Assembly: GCA_963796965.1 (NCBI GenBank)
Contig: CAWCNS010000016.1
Coordinates: 206,769-270,768, forward strand
DNA: 64,000 nucleotides
Reading direction: 5' to 3'
Source: Calditrichia bacterium
Lineage (GTDB): Bacteria > Calditrichota > Calditrichia > JAJRVZ01
The notes below the pieces were generated by a model that saw nothing but the letters and a program-made list of their open reading frames with translations, searched no databases and was not told where the DNA came from. A program made the translations under genes and the position numbers. Positions within the stretch are counted from its first letter, which is position 1. Every line of letters begins with the position of its first letter. Of this stretch, positions 40,938 to 52,502 are shown in pieces.

Positions 40938-42821
40938 ATGTCAAATGATCAAGCCTCAAGGCCAATTCAAATCCAAAATTCGCATATGCGTTCAATTACA
41001 GTATTAGTTCTTATGTTTGTCTTCCTCGTTTCTGGTGAGAAACTTTATAGTCAGGAAGGTTATGTCCTCGATAATCTATATTTCGAGGGGAATAAGACTT
41101 TTTCAGAAAGTGAGTTAATAAGTCAGACGTCTCTTTTTACCATAAATTGGTTCGAAAAATCAATTTTCAGAAAAGATAAGTTCATTGTCAGTGAAGATTA
41201 TCTGGCAGCTGACCTGGATAAACTGGTTTTCTTTTATCAACAAAATGGATTTCTATATGTTCAAATAAGCTCTGAATATAGTGACCTTGATCATTCCAAT
41301 GAATCGCTTGACCTAAAGATCATTATAGAGGAAAATGAACCTGTCTCCATATCGGCAGTAAAACATCATAACAAATTAGATAAATCACCATTTAATAATA
41401 CTTGCGATTCTCTCTTTAGAGCACTTATTCCCGAACTCAAACTTCGTGAAAATGAAAGATTTTGTGATGATTATCTGGAAGAGGATCGCCAAAAGATTAC
41501 GAATAACTTTCTGAATGCAGGCTTTGCCTATGTTAAAGTTGAACCTGAACTTCTGTTATCTGATGATGAGAAAGAAGTAGAGATCATTTGGGGAATTAAT
41601 TCCGGGCCGCTTTGTTATTTTGGCCAGGTAGAGATCTTTGAAGTAAAGGATGTCTCTGAAGAATTAATTATTGATAGAATTGAGTTCAAAGCAGGCGATT
41701 TGTATCAGAAAATCCTATTGGACACGACGCATCACAGCATTTATTCTCTGGGATTATTTCAGGTCGTTTCTGTTCAGGCCATTCTAAATCAAAAAAAGCC
41801 GCATATCATACCTGTGCGAATTACTGTAAAAGAAGCCTCAAAATATACCACAAAATTTGGCGCCGGATATGGGAGTGAAGAAAAATTCAGGGCCTTTGCT
41901 GATATTTTAAAAATTTCATTCTTAGGAGGCGCACGTCGCCTCAACCTGATACTCAGTCATTCTGGGATACAGCCCTATAATGTTGATCTGCGTTTTATGC
42001 AACCGGCATTTATTGTTAGACCCCTGGCTCTTATTTTGAATCCTTTTATGAGGAAACAGGATGAACCAGGTTACAAGGTTGAGAGAATAGGAGTGAAATC
42101 TACATTCTTATATTCTTTTGCTTCAAGATTGACATCATCCTTTACCTATACCTATGAAGATGTGCAAAGCGACACAATTGATCTTGGTTTAATAAATGAT
42201 TTAATAGAGGACAGATACAAAGGCTTATACGACAAATCTATGATAAATCTGGGGTTTAACTGGGATACATCTTATCCAATGTTCTACCCATCCAGGGGGT
42301 TTCTCGCGTCCATAAACTTACAGTACAATGGATTCATTTTAGTAAGTGAATATCCCTTTGAAAAAACCATTCTCGATATACGAACGTATCAAAAAATATC
42401 AGAAATGGTACTTGCTCTCAGACTAAAGCTTGGAGGCATTATACCCCTACGGGGAAATGATTTTATACCGGTAGAAGAACGATTTTACTCGGGTGGTAGT
42501 TATTCTGTCCGTGGATGGTCCAGACAGGAATTAGGACCCAAAGATCCTATTGGGGGACCCATTGGAGGTCAGAGTCTGCTTGAGTTTAGTAGTGAATTCA
42601 GATTTAATATCTATGATCCGGTTACCGGTGTTGCTTTCATGGACTGTGGAAATGTATGGTTAGAGTCCTATAAATGGTATCTCAATGAAATCAGATATTC
42701 ACTGGGTGCCGGGATCAGAGTTAAAACGCCAATTGGTCCTGTCCGGTTTGATGTGGCCAGACCGGTTTTTGATGAAGAGAATACATGGCAGTTTCATTTT
42801 AGTGTGGGTAATGCTTTTTAG
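40938..42821 (+). CDS. tamA: Omp85 (TamA/BamA family) outer-membrane protein
   Basis: POTRA-like repeats, SVRGW, TPIGPVRFD, terminal FSVGNAF; adjacent to a TamB-like gene. Confidence 0.82.
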   Translation: MSNDQASRPIQIQNSHMRSITVLVLMFVFLVSGEKLYSQEGYVLDNLYFEGNKTFSESELISQTSLFTINWFEKSIFRKDKFIVSEDYLAADLDKLVFFYQQNGFLYVQISSEYSDLDHSNESLDLKIIIEENEPVSISAVKHHNKLDKSPFNNTCDSLFRALIPELKLRENERFCDDYLEEDRQKITNNFLNAGFAYVKVEPELLLSDDEKEVEIIWGINSGPLCYFGQVEIFEVKDVSEELIIDRIEFKAGDLYQKILLDTTHHSIYSLGLFQVVSVQAILNQKKPHIIPVRITVKEASKYTTKFGAGYGSEEKFRAFADILKISFLGGARRLNLILSHSGIQPYNVDLRFMQPAFIVRPLALILNPFMRKQDEPGYKVERIGVKSTFLYSFASRLTSSFTYTYEDVQSDTIDLGLINDLIEDRYKGLYDKSMINLGFNWDTSYPMFYPSRGFLASINLQYNGFILVSEYPFEKTILDIRTYQKISEMVLALRLKLGGIIPLRGNDFIPVEERFYSGGSYSVRGWSRQELGPKDPIGGPIGGQSLLEFSSEFRFNIYDPVTGVAFMDCGNVWLESYKWYLNEIRYSLGAGIRVKTPIGPVRFDVARPVFDEENTWQFHFSVGNAF

Positions 42822-42823
42822 TC

Positions 42824-42885
42824 GCAAAGCACCAGGCGCATAGCATTACTCATATGAAATGATTGCTCTGCTCGTTGCGCCATGC
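42824..42885. repeat. GCA-heptamer inverted repeat element
   Basis: GCAAAGC ACCAGGC GCATAGC ... GCTCTGC TCGTTGC GCCATGC. Confidence 0.55.
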
Positions 42886-42919
42886 ATAATCGTTGGAAAT
42901 GATTGAAGTAAAACCAAGT

Positions 42920-45900
42920 ATGAAAAAAGTATTTAAAATATTATTGTGGATGCTGATATCCCTTATAGGATTGATTCTTATTGCCGGATTAATCACCCAA
43001 ACGTCATTTTTTAAGGGTTGGTTAAAGGATATTGCCGTCTCTGAATTGAATCAGATTCTCAATGCTAATACTTCTATTGGAGAAATAGAAGGCAATCTCT
43101 TCAGCAATCTTGTGATTCAAGATGTGCTTTTTATAATGGAGAATGATACACTCGGCTCAGTTGAGGAAATTTATATATCTTATAACCTTTTTAAATTTCT
43201 GTCTGATGAAATACATGTTAATGCGTTGACAATCAAATATCCAAGATTTTTCCTGTCAGAGGACTCTGTACAGGGATGGAATGTCACTAACGTGATTCAC
43301 CAGGACGAATCCCTACCCGACACGTTATCCCCGGAAGAAAAGGAGCCTTTTCAGCTAAAAATAGTGATCGATTCATTTAATCTTCAGGATGGATATGCGG
43401 AGATTAAAGCAAATGATGATTTAATATCCGAGAAGATAAGCAATCTAAACTTAAAGTTGAATGGTTTATACTGCACTGACTCATTGGCTATCCAACTCGA
43501 TAATCTGGCTTTCCAGTCTGAACGACCAAACCTGCTCCTCAAAAAGTTATCTTTTAGTTTTAGACAAGATCATGAAGGATTATATTTAAAAAACCTGGTT
43601 ATTCAAACAGATGAAAATACGATCATCTCAGATGCTACTTATCAGGAGTTGAAGAATAATCATCTGAATCTTAACGCAAATAATTTAAATCTGAGTGAAT
43701 TTGAATTTATTCTTCCTGGATTCAGCCTTAATAAAAATCCCGACATCCAGATTGAATCAAATTTTAATCGGGATTCTCTCCAACTTGTCATCGATATAGG
43801 TACTGAAGATGAAAGTTTTAATATAAAAGCAAAGGCTGTAAATTATCAGTCCTTCTTTGAAGATATTAATTCTGATCCGATCCACTTTAGTCTTAATCTC
43901 CTGATTCCCCAATTAAGAGTTACATGATTGGTCAGATCATATTCCTGTAGAAAAAATCCGTGGTGAGTTAAGCGCAAGTGGTACTCTCACTACATTGGAT
44001 GACATTCAGGCAAAAGTCAAAGGAGCCTTTTATGATATAGAAATAGAGGGGCTTACAGCAGATTCTATCCATATTGATGCTAGAGTAGATCAAAATAAGG
44101 TCAGTGGAGATATGCAGGTGTTATCTGAATTTATCAATCTGGATCTGGAATTTAATGTCGATGATTTCATGGATCAGCCCGGTTACCATGGTGATCTTAA
44201 CGTGGTTCATCTGGATTTGGGACCCATATTATCAGAAGACAAAATTAACACAGATCTTAATTTTAATTTACTTTTGCAGGGAGCCGGTGATGGTCTTTCA
44301 AATCAAATAATCTCCATGAAATTAGATCTTCAATCATCCCGGTTTAATGAATTCATGATTGATACATTATTTGCCCGGGGCGTTCTAACCGGGACTGACT
44401 ATAATCTTGAAACCTTACAGATTCAAACCAAGCTCGGTTCGCTCGCTCTGGCAGGTTATGGTAATATAGATTCCCTTCTTACGCTTACGTATGATATTAC
44501 TATTGGTGATTTACAGACATTGGCAGCTACGGTCGGTGCTGATACAATTCAGTCATCTGGTCATATTTCAGGCCAGGTAAAAGGCAATCTGACATCATTG
44601 AAAAATGAAGTAAGTTTTGAGATGAGAAATCTGCAATATAATAATTTAGAACTTGATTCATTAGCAGGAAATGCATCATTAAGTTTACAGGATAGCCTGT
44701 TTAGTGGCTCGACAGAGTTCGAATTTAAAGATCTGATGGTTGGAAGTAAATTGATTGATCTAGTTAAACTATCAGCGGTATATGAGTACGGTCGAATCAC
44801 ATCGGAACTTGAGGTAAAATTTGATCAGAATCTTCGTTCATCATTAACAGCAACGATAATACCTGACAGTGTCCTGGAAATTTCAATGCCTAGGATAGAT
44901 ATAGATTTTGTGGATGAAAACTGGAATGGCAGCATGAATAAACTCTCCTTTGATACAGGTACAAATAATTTGCAAATAGAGGATTTTCTTTTAAAGTGCC
45001 CAAGTGGTGAGAGTCCAGGTCAATTGGCAATGAACGGATCCTTAAGTCCCACTGGAGAAGAGGACTTTACTCTGAAACTGGAAGGTCTGCGCCCGGGTAG
45101 TTTTTTATTCTATCTGGGAATTGAAAGTGAAATCGATGCACGAATAAATTCGAATCTGGAAATTACGGGCACAGCTGATAAACCGCTCATTCAGGGTAAT
45201 TTATCATTTGAAAATGGATTGGTCGGAGGTGTAAAATATCAAGGAATTTATAGCGCTTTCGATTATCATGACAGTCGATTTAATTTCGATTTTTTAATGG
45301 ATTTTAATGGCCAGGATAGTTTGACAGCCGGGGGTAATCTTCCTGTTCATCTATCATTTGCAGATACGGTAAAGATCCTGGATCCGAATGAACCGATCCA
45401 CTTGAATATCCGCTCAGAATCAATCCCTCTGGCCATGTTTTTGTCTAATGTGAAATCATTTCCTGAAGTCTCTGGTGTCTTTTTATGTGATTTAAGTATT
45501 GAAAATAATTTAAGTGATCCAAGAATTAACGGAAATTTGCAAATTAAGGATGGCTCGTTACGTTCAACCTATTGGGGAATCAATTATCAGAAAATTGAAG
45601 TCAATATTTTAGCTGAGGATGATAAATTCTTTTTAGAAAAGTTTCAGATCATCACAAATCAAGGCAAAGTAGAAGCTGCCGGTAAAATTCAGTTTGATTT
45701 TGATAATATCGAGAAGCCAATATTATACAGCGATATGAATCTGAAAGCAGAAAATTTCTTTCTTCTTCAACACAAGGATTTTGAAATCCAGGTGTCAGCA
45801 GATATTAAATATAAAATGGAGGAAGAACACCCAAAGGTAGACGGATATATTGAGGTTAATCGGTCAAATTTTTACTTGCCGACGGTCAGAGACCGTGCCG

Positions 45901-46815
45901 GATATGTAACTGAAGTTGGTGAAACAAGCAAACCGGTACTGGTCCAGGTGCGAAATAAAAAATTGGGATTGGATAAAATTGCAAAACAGGATCTGACTCA
46001 ATCGGTCAAAGGAGATACCTTACGTGCCCCAGGATTTCTGGAAAAGCTGGAGGGCAACTTAGTCATTCGTTTCCCCAGGAATACCTGGATTCGTAACCCA
46101 CAGCTTCGTCTGGAACTTGGTGGCGATATTCAGATAACTATGGTAGATGGCGATGTCCTCCTAAAAGGACCCTTGAAATTTGTTCGAGGTCAATATGATC
46201 TGTTTGGACGTCGGTTCACCGTAATAGAGGGAAATGTCGATTTTCAGGGGAAGAAGGAAATAAATCCTCCTATTCTTCTTGAGGCGGAATATATATATAG
46301 AACTACTAGCAGAGAGAAAAAAGCATTGGTTTTAAAAATAACAGGTAACTTGAATTATCCCGTCGTATCTTTTTTTGAAAATAATAATAAAATTTCGGCA
46401 GAAGATGCCGTCTCAATTGTATTATATGGTCGTAAGAAAGACGAGTTAAGCTATGGGACCCAGACCAATTTGGCTGAGTCGGGTGTGGCGAACACCGCTG
46501 CAATGGGGATTGTTTCCAATATGTTATCGGACCGATTATCGCAGTGACTGTGGGTGATGATCTATCTTTGGATGTCATTGAAGTCAATGCCCAGGATAAT
46601 TGGCAAGGTGCTAATTTTGTTGTTGGTAAATATATTACAGAGGATATTTTTCTTGACATATAAACGAGAATTTGGGCAGAGCCAGGACAATAATCTTTAT
46701 CCGGAGACCATCATCCATGGAGTATGAGATTATAAAAAATTTCTTTTTCCAAATGATTCAGGGGGATCCAAGGGAGAGTGGATATGATTTATTGTTTAAA
46801 TTCGACTGGGATTAA
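42920..46815 (+). CDS. tamB: TamB (DUF490) family protein, frameshifts near 43910, 46545, 46650 and 46712
   Basis: N-terminal TM anchor, beta-rich body, RGQYDLFGRRF, VGKYITEDIF and GYDLLFKFDWD in successive frames. Confidence 0.8.
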
Positions 46816-47346
46816 TGAAGGAAAACAAGAAGCGAATTTATGGTATGCATTCTATTTTGGATTGCTGCTTCTGTCGTTTCCATGGGATTAGCCACAACTG
46901 TCTGGGATATTAAGGCGCGTGAATAGGTTTTTGTACGCGTATCATGCCAAAGTTAATGATTGAACAAATAGAAATAATGTCCTACTAAAATTGTGAATCA
47001 TGATGTTTATGAATCTGTTAGATATAATAATTATTGGTTTAATTTGTTTTTCTGGCTTGGCTTGTAAGCAGGCGGAAATTTCATCATTGGCAAATTACGA
47101 TGAAAAGGGCAGAGGTACGCTATATATCCATTGGGGAACGAAATAGAGTTAAAAAGTTGTTCGGATTATTTTCCCCAAATAAATGTTATTAATAGGATCT
47201 GGTTTTTCACGCAGTTCAACGGGCCATCACATCATCGTTTAGACCTAATCTATATCTGAACAATACCAAAAATTCAAAAGATTTAGAGATAAAAATTTGC
47301 TAAATTATGGAAGTTAATACTTTAGGATAACAAAATTGAGAGAGGA

Positions 47347-47823
47347 ATGATTATGCCTAAAACGTTAAATGATCTTTTGGATGTCGCCATACATGATGAA
47401 ATTAATGCTCAAAAATTTTATCGGATTATGGGTGAAAAAACAAACAACCCAAAATTAAAAGAATTTTTTGACTCTTTGTCAAATGAAGAAAGGGGACATG
47501 AAAGGATACTTAAGGGTGTTAAGGAAATGGAACTCTATGATGGTAATTTAGAAGTAGATGAGGAGTCTTTGCGGCAAATAGAAGGGGCACATGTTATCGA
47601 TGATAATGAATCAATTGAAGATATGACCATCGAAAGAGCGATGGAAATTGCGATGAAAAGAGAAAATAAAGCTTCCCAGGTCTATGGTCAAATGGCTGAA
47701 AGCACCAGTCAGGAAGAGATAATGAAATTATTTACCAGTATTGCCTCAGATGAACGTCGCCACTTTAAAACGATAGAAGAAAAATATAAAATCCACACGG
47801 GTCAAATGGGGCAGGAAGCGTAA
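47347..47823 (+). CDS. Ferritin-like/rubrerythrin family protein
   Basis: E..A..FY, EERGH, E..A..VY, DERRH diiron motifs. Confidence 0.85.
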   Translation: MIMPKTLNDLLDVAIHDEINAQKFYRIMGEKTNNPKLKEFFDSLSNEERGHERILKGVKEMELYDGNLEVDEESLRQIEGAHVIDDNESIEDMTIERAMEIAMKRENKASQVYGQMAESTSQEEIMKLFTSIASDERRHFKTIEEKYKIHTGQMGQEA

Positions 47824-47835
47824 TCTGGTCCTATA

Positions 47836-47863
47836 ATTTTCGATTTTGGATTGAGGATTTTGG
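47836..47863. repeat. Left arm of 28-bp heptamer inverted repeat
   Basis: ATTTTCG ATTTTGG ATTGAGG ATTTTGG; complement of 48364-48391 with 2 mismatches. Confidence 0.8.
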
Positions 47864-47908
47864 ATTATAGAGTACTTTTTATTGAATTAAGTTAGAAATA
47901 TCGCACTA

Positions 47909-48268
47909 TCAAAGGTTTTTTCTGACCGTTTTTATAGATGCTACAGTGATTGCTAGAAGTTCATCGCATTCTTTTAATAAAATGTCTATGAGTGGATTGG
48001 AAGAAATTTTCATTTCTTTAATGAGTTCAAGCCATAATTGAGATTCATCTGCTTCTTCTTCGACAATACCCATTTTTGATATAAACTCTGCTTTGGACCG
48101 ACCCCGACAAGCTGCTCTGTAATTTGCCGCTATAGATGTTCCAGATCTAAATAGTTGATTTCCAATTAGCCTTCCTTCTCTATTATTAGGCAGAGTGCGA
48201 CAAAACTGAATTATATCTTTAGCAAATCTTTTTGTTCTCTCTCTTAATTCCTTCTCATTCAATACCAA
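47909..48268 (-). CDS. Four helix bundle protein (23S rRNA IVP/Avd-like family)
   Basis: QLFRSGTSIAANYRAA..SKAEFISK..EEADESQLWL. Confidence 0.92.
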   Translation of the reverse strand: MVLNEKELRERTKRFAKDIIQFCRTLPNNREGRLIGNQLFRSGTSIAANYRAACRGRSKAEFISKMGIVEEEADESQLWLELIKEMKISSNPLIDILLKECDELLAITVASIKTVRKNL

Positions 48269-48363
48269 TTCCTCTTACTTTCGAATAATGAATTTAGATT
48301 GTGGGGCATATGTTAGGCATTGCAAAAATTATACCATATACAAGAATTTAAATTCAAGCTCTT

Positions 48364-48391
48364 CCAAAATCCGCAATCCAAAATCCAAAAT
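48364..48391. repeat. Right arm of 28-bp heptamer inverted repeat
   Basis: CCAAAAT CCGCAAT CCAAAAT CCAAAAT. Confidence 0.8.
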
Positions 48392-48430
48392 TAGAAACGG
48401 CAAGCATCCCTTGTCGAGAACCCAAACCCT

Positions 48431-51400
48431 TCATCTCAATAAAATCAATTTCTTTGTTTTTACAAATTCTCCCGCCTTTATTCTGTAGTAATAGACACCA
48501 CTGGCAAACGCGGAAGCATCCCATTCTACTTGGTATGATCCAGCATGTTGTTTCTCAGATACCAGAGTAATTATCTCCTCACCCAAAAGATTGTAGATGC
48601 TCAACTCCACCTCATTGGTCATTGGTAATTGATAATTGATCATTGTAAGGGGATTAAAAGGATTTGGATAATTTTGTTCAAGGTTATAATGTGATGGTTT
48701 TAATTCATTTTCAGACAACATAATGTTTGTTACGACACCACTAATCACCAAACCGGTTACACCGGCTTTTCCGGTTGACCCAATTAGAGATCCTGTACCA
48801 TTTGTCGTATCAATAGAAATAAAGGAAGTAATTTCTTTTGGAGAACCAAATCCCGATAAACCAAATAATTTTCCTGCAGAATCAAAGCATATAGCCAGGC
48901 TTGTATTAAATCCACTCTTGCCAATATAGGTTGCAGACGCATTGCTTTTATCGATTTTGTATGATGACCCATCTACCGTAGACACCCAGAGCTGATCATT
49001 AAATGGGTTGACAGCAGCCCCCAAAATAATCCCGATATTTGCGGTTCCCAGAAGTGAGGCTGATCCTGTTGTATCATCAATTGCATACAGTTCTCCTGCG
49101 AATGCATTAAACCCGAAGAGGTTTCCCTCCTGATCAAATGTTATTGCGCGAAGATTTCCTTCCGGGATGGTATATTTCTCATACGCTTTTCCATTCCTGG
49201 CATTAATTCTGTAGATGGTTGTTTGATGCCCCAAAGCCAGGGTTGCCCAGAGTTCTTTAGTAAGGGGATGTAAAACTAGACCGGTAATATCTGCTAAACC
49301 GGTGGATCCAATGGACTCTGTCTGACCATCAGATTCACTTACCGATAATAGTTTCACCTGGTCGTATTTGCTTGTGACAGCATATATCTTGTTTTCTTCA
49401 GCCGGATGTATGATCCAACCGGTTCCATGAAGATATAGTCTGTTTAGCGGATTTAAACTATCATTGGTAAAAACAAGAAGTGTATCGCTAATCGTTTCTT
49501 CGTTAGTTGCGGAGAATATCACTTCAATGTTTTTATATTGATTGAATTCCGATAAAACGATAGGATAATTAATCCCCGGTGAGAGTGTGAAGTTCTGTCC
49601 TGATATTTGAATAGTATTGATAGTCAGGGTATCTAAGCCACGATTGTATATTTGGATAATATTTGTATCAGAGGAGGCAGCAACTTCTGCTGAAAATTTT
49701 AGCGTGTCCACACTAAATTCAAGCGAAGGTTCTAGCGTTGGATACGCAACACCAACAGCACTCCAGGCATCAATTACAGAATTTAATTCTTCTGAAGAAT
49801 CGCCAAATAGATCTTTAGCCGCGTAGATGGCCGCTCTTCGGGCATCATAAAATCTGGAGGTGGGCATCAGGTAAACTGTCAACATCCGATAGGCAATTCT
49901 TCCGGCCTTTTCGGATCCAATTCCATCTACTTTAAATGAATGACCATGATCATTTGTCCCTGTTCCTCCCTCTGCAAGCAAGTAAAACCAATAGTTCTGA
50001 ACGCTGCTGTTAATGTGGACCCCACCATAATCATTTTCTTCCGATGGCCAGGGAGTTTCCGGAAACCAGAAATTACCCAGATAGGTGTCTGGGTAACCCA
50101 GGGAATTTGGATCTTCCATTGATCTGAATACCATACCATCAGGCATGAAGTCTTCGCCCATAACCCAGTCACCATTAACACCCTCAATATAATGTTCAAC
50201 CATAGTCCCGAAAATATCACTGAATGATTCATTTAAAGCACCAAATTCATTTTGGTAGATAAGACCTGCAGAATACTGGGTCACGCCGTGAGTCAGTTCA
50301 TGTCCAACTACTTCAAGTGAAACAAGTGGTGATTCATTGCCGGCTCCGTCACCGTAAACCGCCAAGTTCAGATAACTATTCCAGAAGGCGTTAGATAATT
50401 TATCATCAAAATGCACAAAAGAGATTATTCTTCCCTCTGAGTCGTCATAACTTTTGCGTTGATGATGATTGAGGTAATAATCATAAGTTACTTCTGAAGC
50501 CCAATGTGCACTGACCCCTGTTTTTGAATCAATATCTGTGAAACTGCTGTCCTCATCGACAAAATCCGATGCATAACCCAATTCAATTTCGTTATGAAGA
50601 TTATATGTTGCGATTCCTAATCCCCTGGATTCTTCCCGTAACCTGTATTTGCCATCCTCGATATGCATAACCTCGCGGGCCAAGTTTCGGGGAGTTAATC
50701 CCTCTTGAACACCATCATTAAAAAATAATATACCCTGATCACCTGAAATCTGGATACTGTCAATTTGCCAGCCAAATAAATCCGGCCGAATATCCTCAGC
50801 AGAATAATCATAATCAGAAGCAAAAGCGAACCTGAGTCTAACGGTGTTTCCAGATAAATGAGATAAATCAAGATCCACTTTTGACCAATCAAGTACACCA
50901 CCACTCCAACCGGGAATTCCCGGTCCTTCTCCAAAAACGCTTCCAAAACTATAGATACTGGAATCAGTATACCCTGGACTGGGGTGGTTTAAAACTTGCC
51001 AGCTTTCACCATTATCTATTGAACATTGTACATTCATCCCTTCCCAGGAGTCGTAACCTTCAGGATAGTTTTCCATAGGCTCCGTTACAGCATAGCGATG
51101 GTAAAATGAAAGATTTATATCTGAACCTCGTAATGTCATGGTGTCCGTATCTAATACTTCATACCAACTGTTGCCATATCCCCCATCGTCTCCAAGCAAA
51201 GTATCTGCCATCCACCAACTATATCCCTGTCCACCCATGGCCTGCCAGGTGTCAGGATGCCATTTTGGTGGCGATGGTATCGGCTCACTAATCGTATCAG
51301 AGACGGTAATCTCTCTCATACTATTATAAAGGGTTAATCCCTTTCCGATAACATCTTCTGTCAATACAGATGGATAGACATTAATCACCGATCCATCAAT

Positions 51401-52060
51401 GGCGTCGATATCAATTATTTTGCCTCCAAAGGGGATCTCGGTATGAATATTAAACCGGTAAGCTAAACGGAACTCCTCCTTTAGCATAAGAAAATTCTTC
51501 GAGACAATGAGCAATTTTCCCTCTGGGAAAAATGAAGCAGATGGATCATTTAGCATTGTTTTTATAAATTTATCATTACTAACTTTTTCCCACATGTAGG
51601 AAGAAGCATTGATATGTTGCATAGCCTGGGCGAGAGCTTGTTCTTCTGATAAAGCAGGTTTTACATTTAGATTAAGATCATGAATCAATTTACCATGAAC
51701 ATAAAAGATCTGTCCGTTTTTTTCATGAGCAAGTAATTGTACTCCGGCGAGCTCTAAGCCTTTATAATATTGTTTGAGTCGGTAATGAACCTGATCAATC
51801 TCATCGAGGAAAATCGAAGATTTCTTGATTTGGGTGTCTGTGGTTTTTAAATACTGTCTCTGATAGTCCAAAATAAATCTATCGACGCTAACTTCATCAG
51901 TCAGTTTAAAAGTGATTTCAAGTGGGGTATCATCCCGTTGATCATATATAATGTTTGCCTTATTCAGACTATTTTGAGATTTGGCATCTGAGAATGCGGA
52001 TATCAAAAAAGTTATAAAAATGAGAAAACGAAATATGGAATATCGGATTGTGTTCTCCAT
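48431..52060 (-). CDS. Secreted M4 (thermolysin-like) metallopeptidase with accessory domains and T9SS-like C-terminal domain
   Basis: FTP/PepSY propeptide, NAFW, HELTH, GALNESFSD, GVHINS, NYPNPFN..KLILLR; AGGAG RBS before ATG at 52060. Confidence 0.9.
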   Translation of the reverse strand: MENTIRYSIFRFLIFITFLISAFSDAKSQNSLNKANIIYDQRDDTPLEITFKLTDEVSVDRFILDYQRQYLKTTDTQIKKSSIFLDEIDQVHYRLKQYYKGLELAGVQLLAHEKNGQIFYVHGKLIHDLNLNVKPALSEEQALAQAMQHINASSYMWEKVSNDKFIKTMLNDPSASFFPEGKLLIVSKNFLMLKEEFRLAYRFNIHTEIPFGGKIIDIDAIDGSVINVYPSVLTEDVIGKGLTLYNSMREITVSDTISEPIPSPPKWHPDTWQAMGGQGYSWWMADTLLGDDGGYGNSWYEVLDTDTMTLRGSDINLSFYHRYAVTEPMENYPEGYDSWEGMNVQCSIDNGESWQVLNHPSPGYTDSSIYSFGSVFGEGPGIPGWSGGVLDWSKVDLDLSHLSGNTVRLRFAFASDYDYSAEDIRPDLFGWQIDSIQISGDQGILFFNDGVQEGLTPRNLAREVMHIEDGKYRLREESRGLGIATYNLHNEIELGYASDFVDEDSSFTDIDSKTGVSAHWASEVTYDYYLNHHQRKSYDDSEGRIISFVHFDDKLSNAFWNSYLNLAVYGDGAGNESPLVSLEVVGHELTHGVTQYSAGLIYQNEFGALNESFSDIFGTMVEHYIEGVNGDWVMGEDFMPDGMVFRSMEDPNSLGYPDTYLGNFWFPETPWPSEENDYGGVHINSSVQNYWFYLLAEGGTGTNDHGHSFKVDGIGSEKAGRIAYRMLTVYLMPTSRFYDARRAAIYAAKDLFGDSSEELNSVIDAWSAVGVAYPTLEPSLEFSVDTLKFSAEVAASSDTNIIQIYNRGLDTLTINTIQISGQNFTLSPGINYPIVLSEFNQYKNIEVIFSATNEETISDTLLVFTNDSLNPLNRLYLHGTGWIIHPAEENKIYAVTSKYDQVKLLSVSESDGQTESIGSTGLADITGLVLHPLTKELWATLALGHQTTIYRINARNGKAYEKYTIPEGNLRAITFDQEGNLFGFNAFAGELYAIDDTTGSASLLGTANIGIILGAAVNPFNDQLWVSTVDGSSYKIDKSNASATYIGKSGFNTSLAICFDSAGKLFGLSGFGSPKEITSFISIDTTNGTGSLIGSTGKAGVTGLVISGVVTNIMLSENELKPSHYNLEQNYPNPFNPLTMINYQLPMTNEVELSIYNLLGEEIITLVSEKQHAGSYQVEWDASAFASGVYYYRIKAGEFVKTKKLILLR

Positions 52061-52502
52061 TTTAAACTCCTGTTGCTCGTTCATATCTGGTTAAATATTT
52101 TGATATTGCAAGGATTAATCTTGAGGTAAAACCGGAAAAACAGTAAATCAAATAAATCTATATAGCACAAATCTAAAACTAGTCAGAGGATATTATTTTT
52201 TAATTGATCAGGCTAGATACATTAAAAGACGTGAAACACTAAAATTAGTTTCAGAATTGGTATCAGTGACTATCTTTCAGATTGTGAGAAACACGAAAAA
52301 CATACAATAGCTGGCTCAATTCCGGGGTTGTAATGCTTGTTAATTACTACTAAATTTGTAACAAAATTCACGTGATGTTTTAATAGAAAATATAAAATTT
52401 ACATAAAGAATTGTGGCTTGCCTGTATTCATTGTTTCAGATATCCAGGTATAAAAAAATAGTTAAGTATCAATTGGAATTGATGATAGAGAAGGGGAGAA
52501 GG

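Noticed and set aside
46816-47346. 530-bp gap: possible riboswitch or small hydrophobic peptide (MVCILFWIAASVVSMGL..)
   Set aside because: No recognisable aptamer core and no convincing RBS; cannot be supported from sequence alone
47909-48268. Four-helix-bundle gene as Avd of a diversity-generating retroelement
   Set aside because: No reverse transcriptase and no TR/VR repeat pair seen in the window
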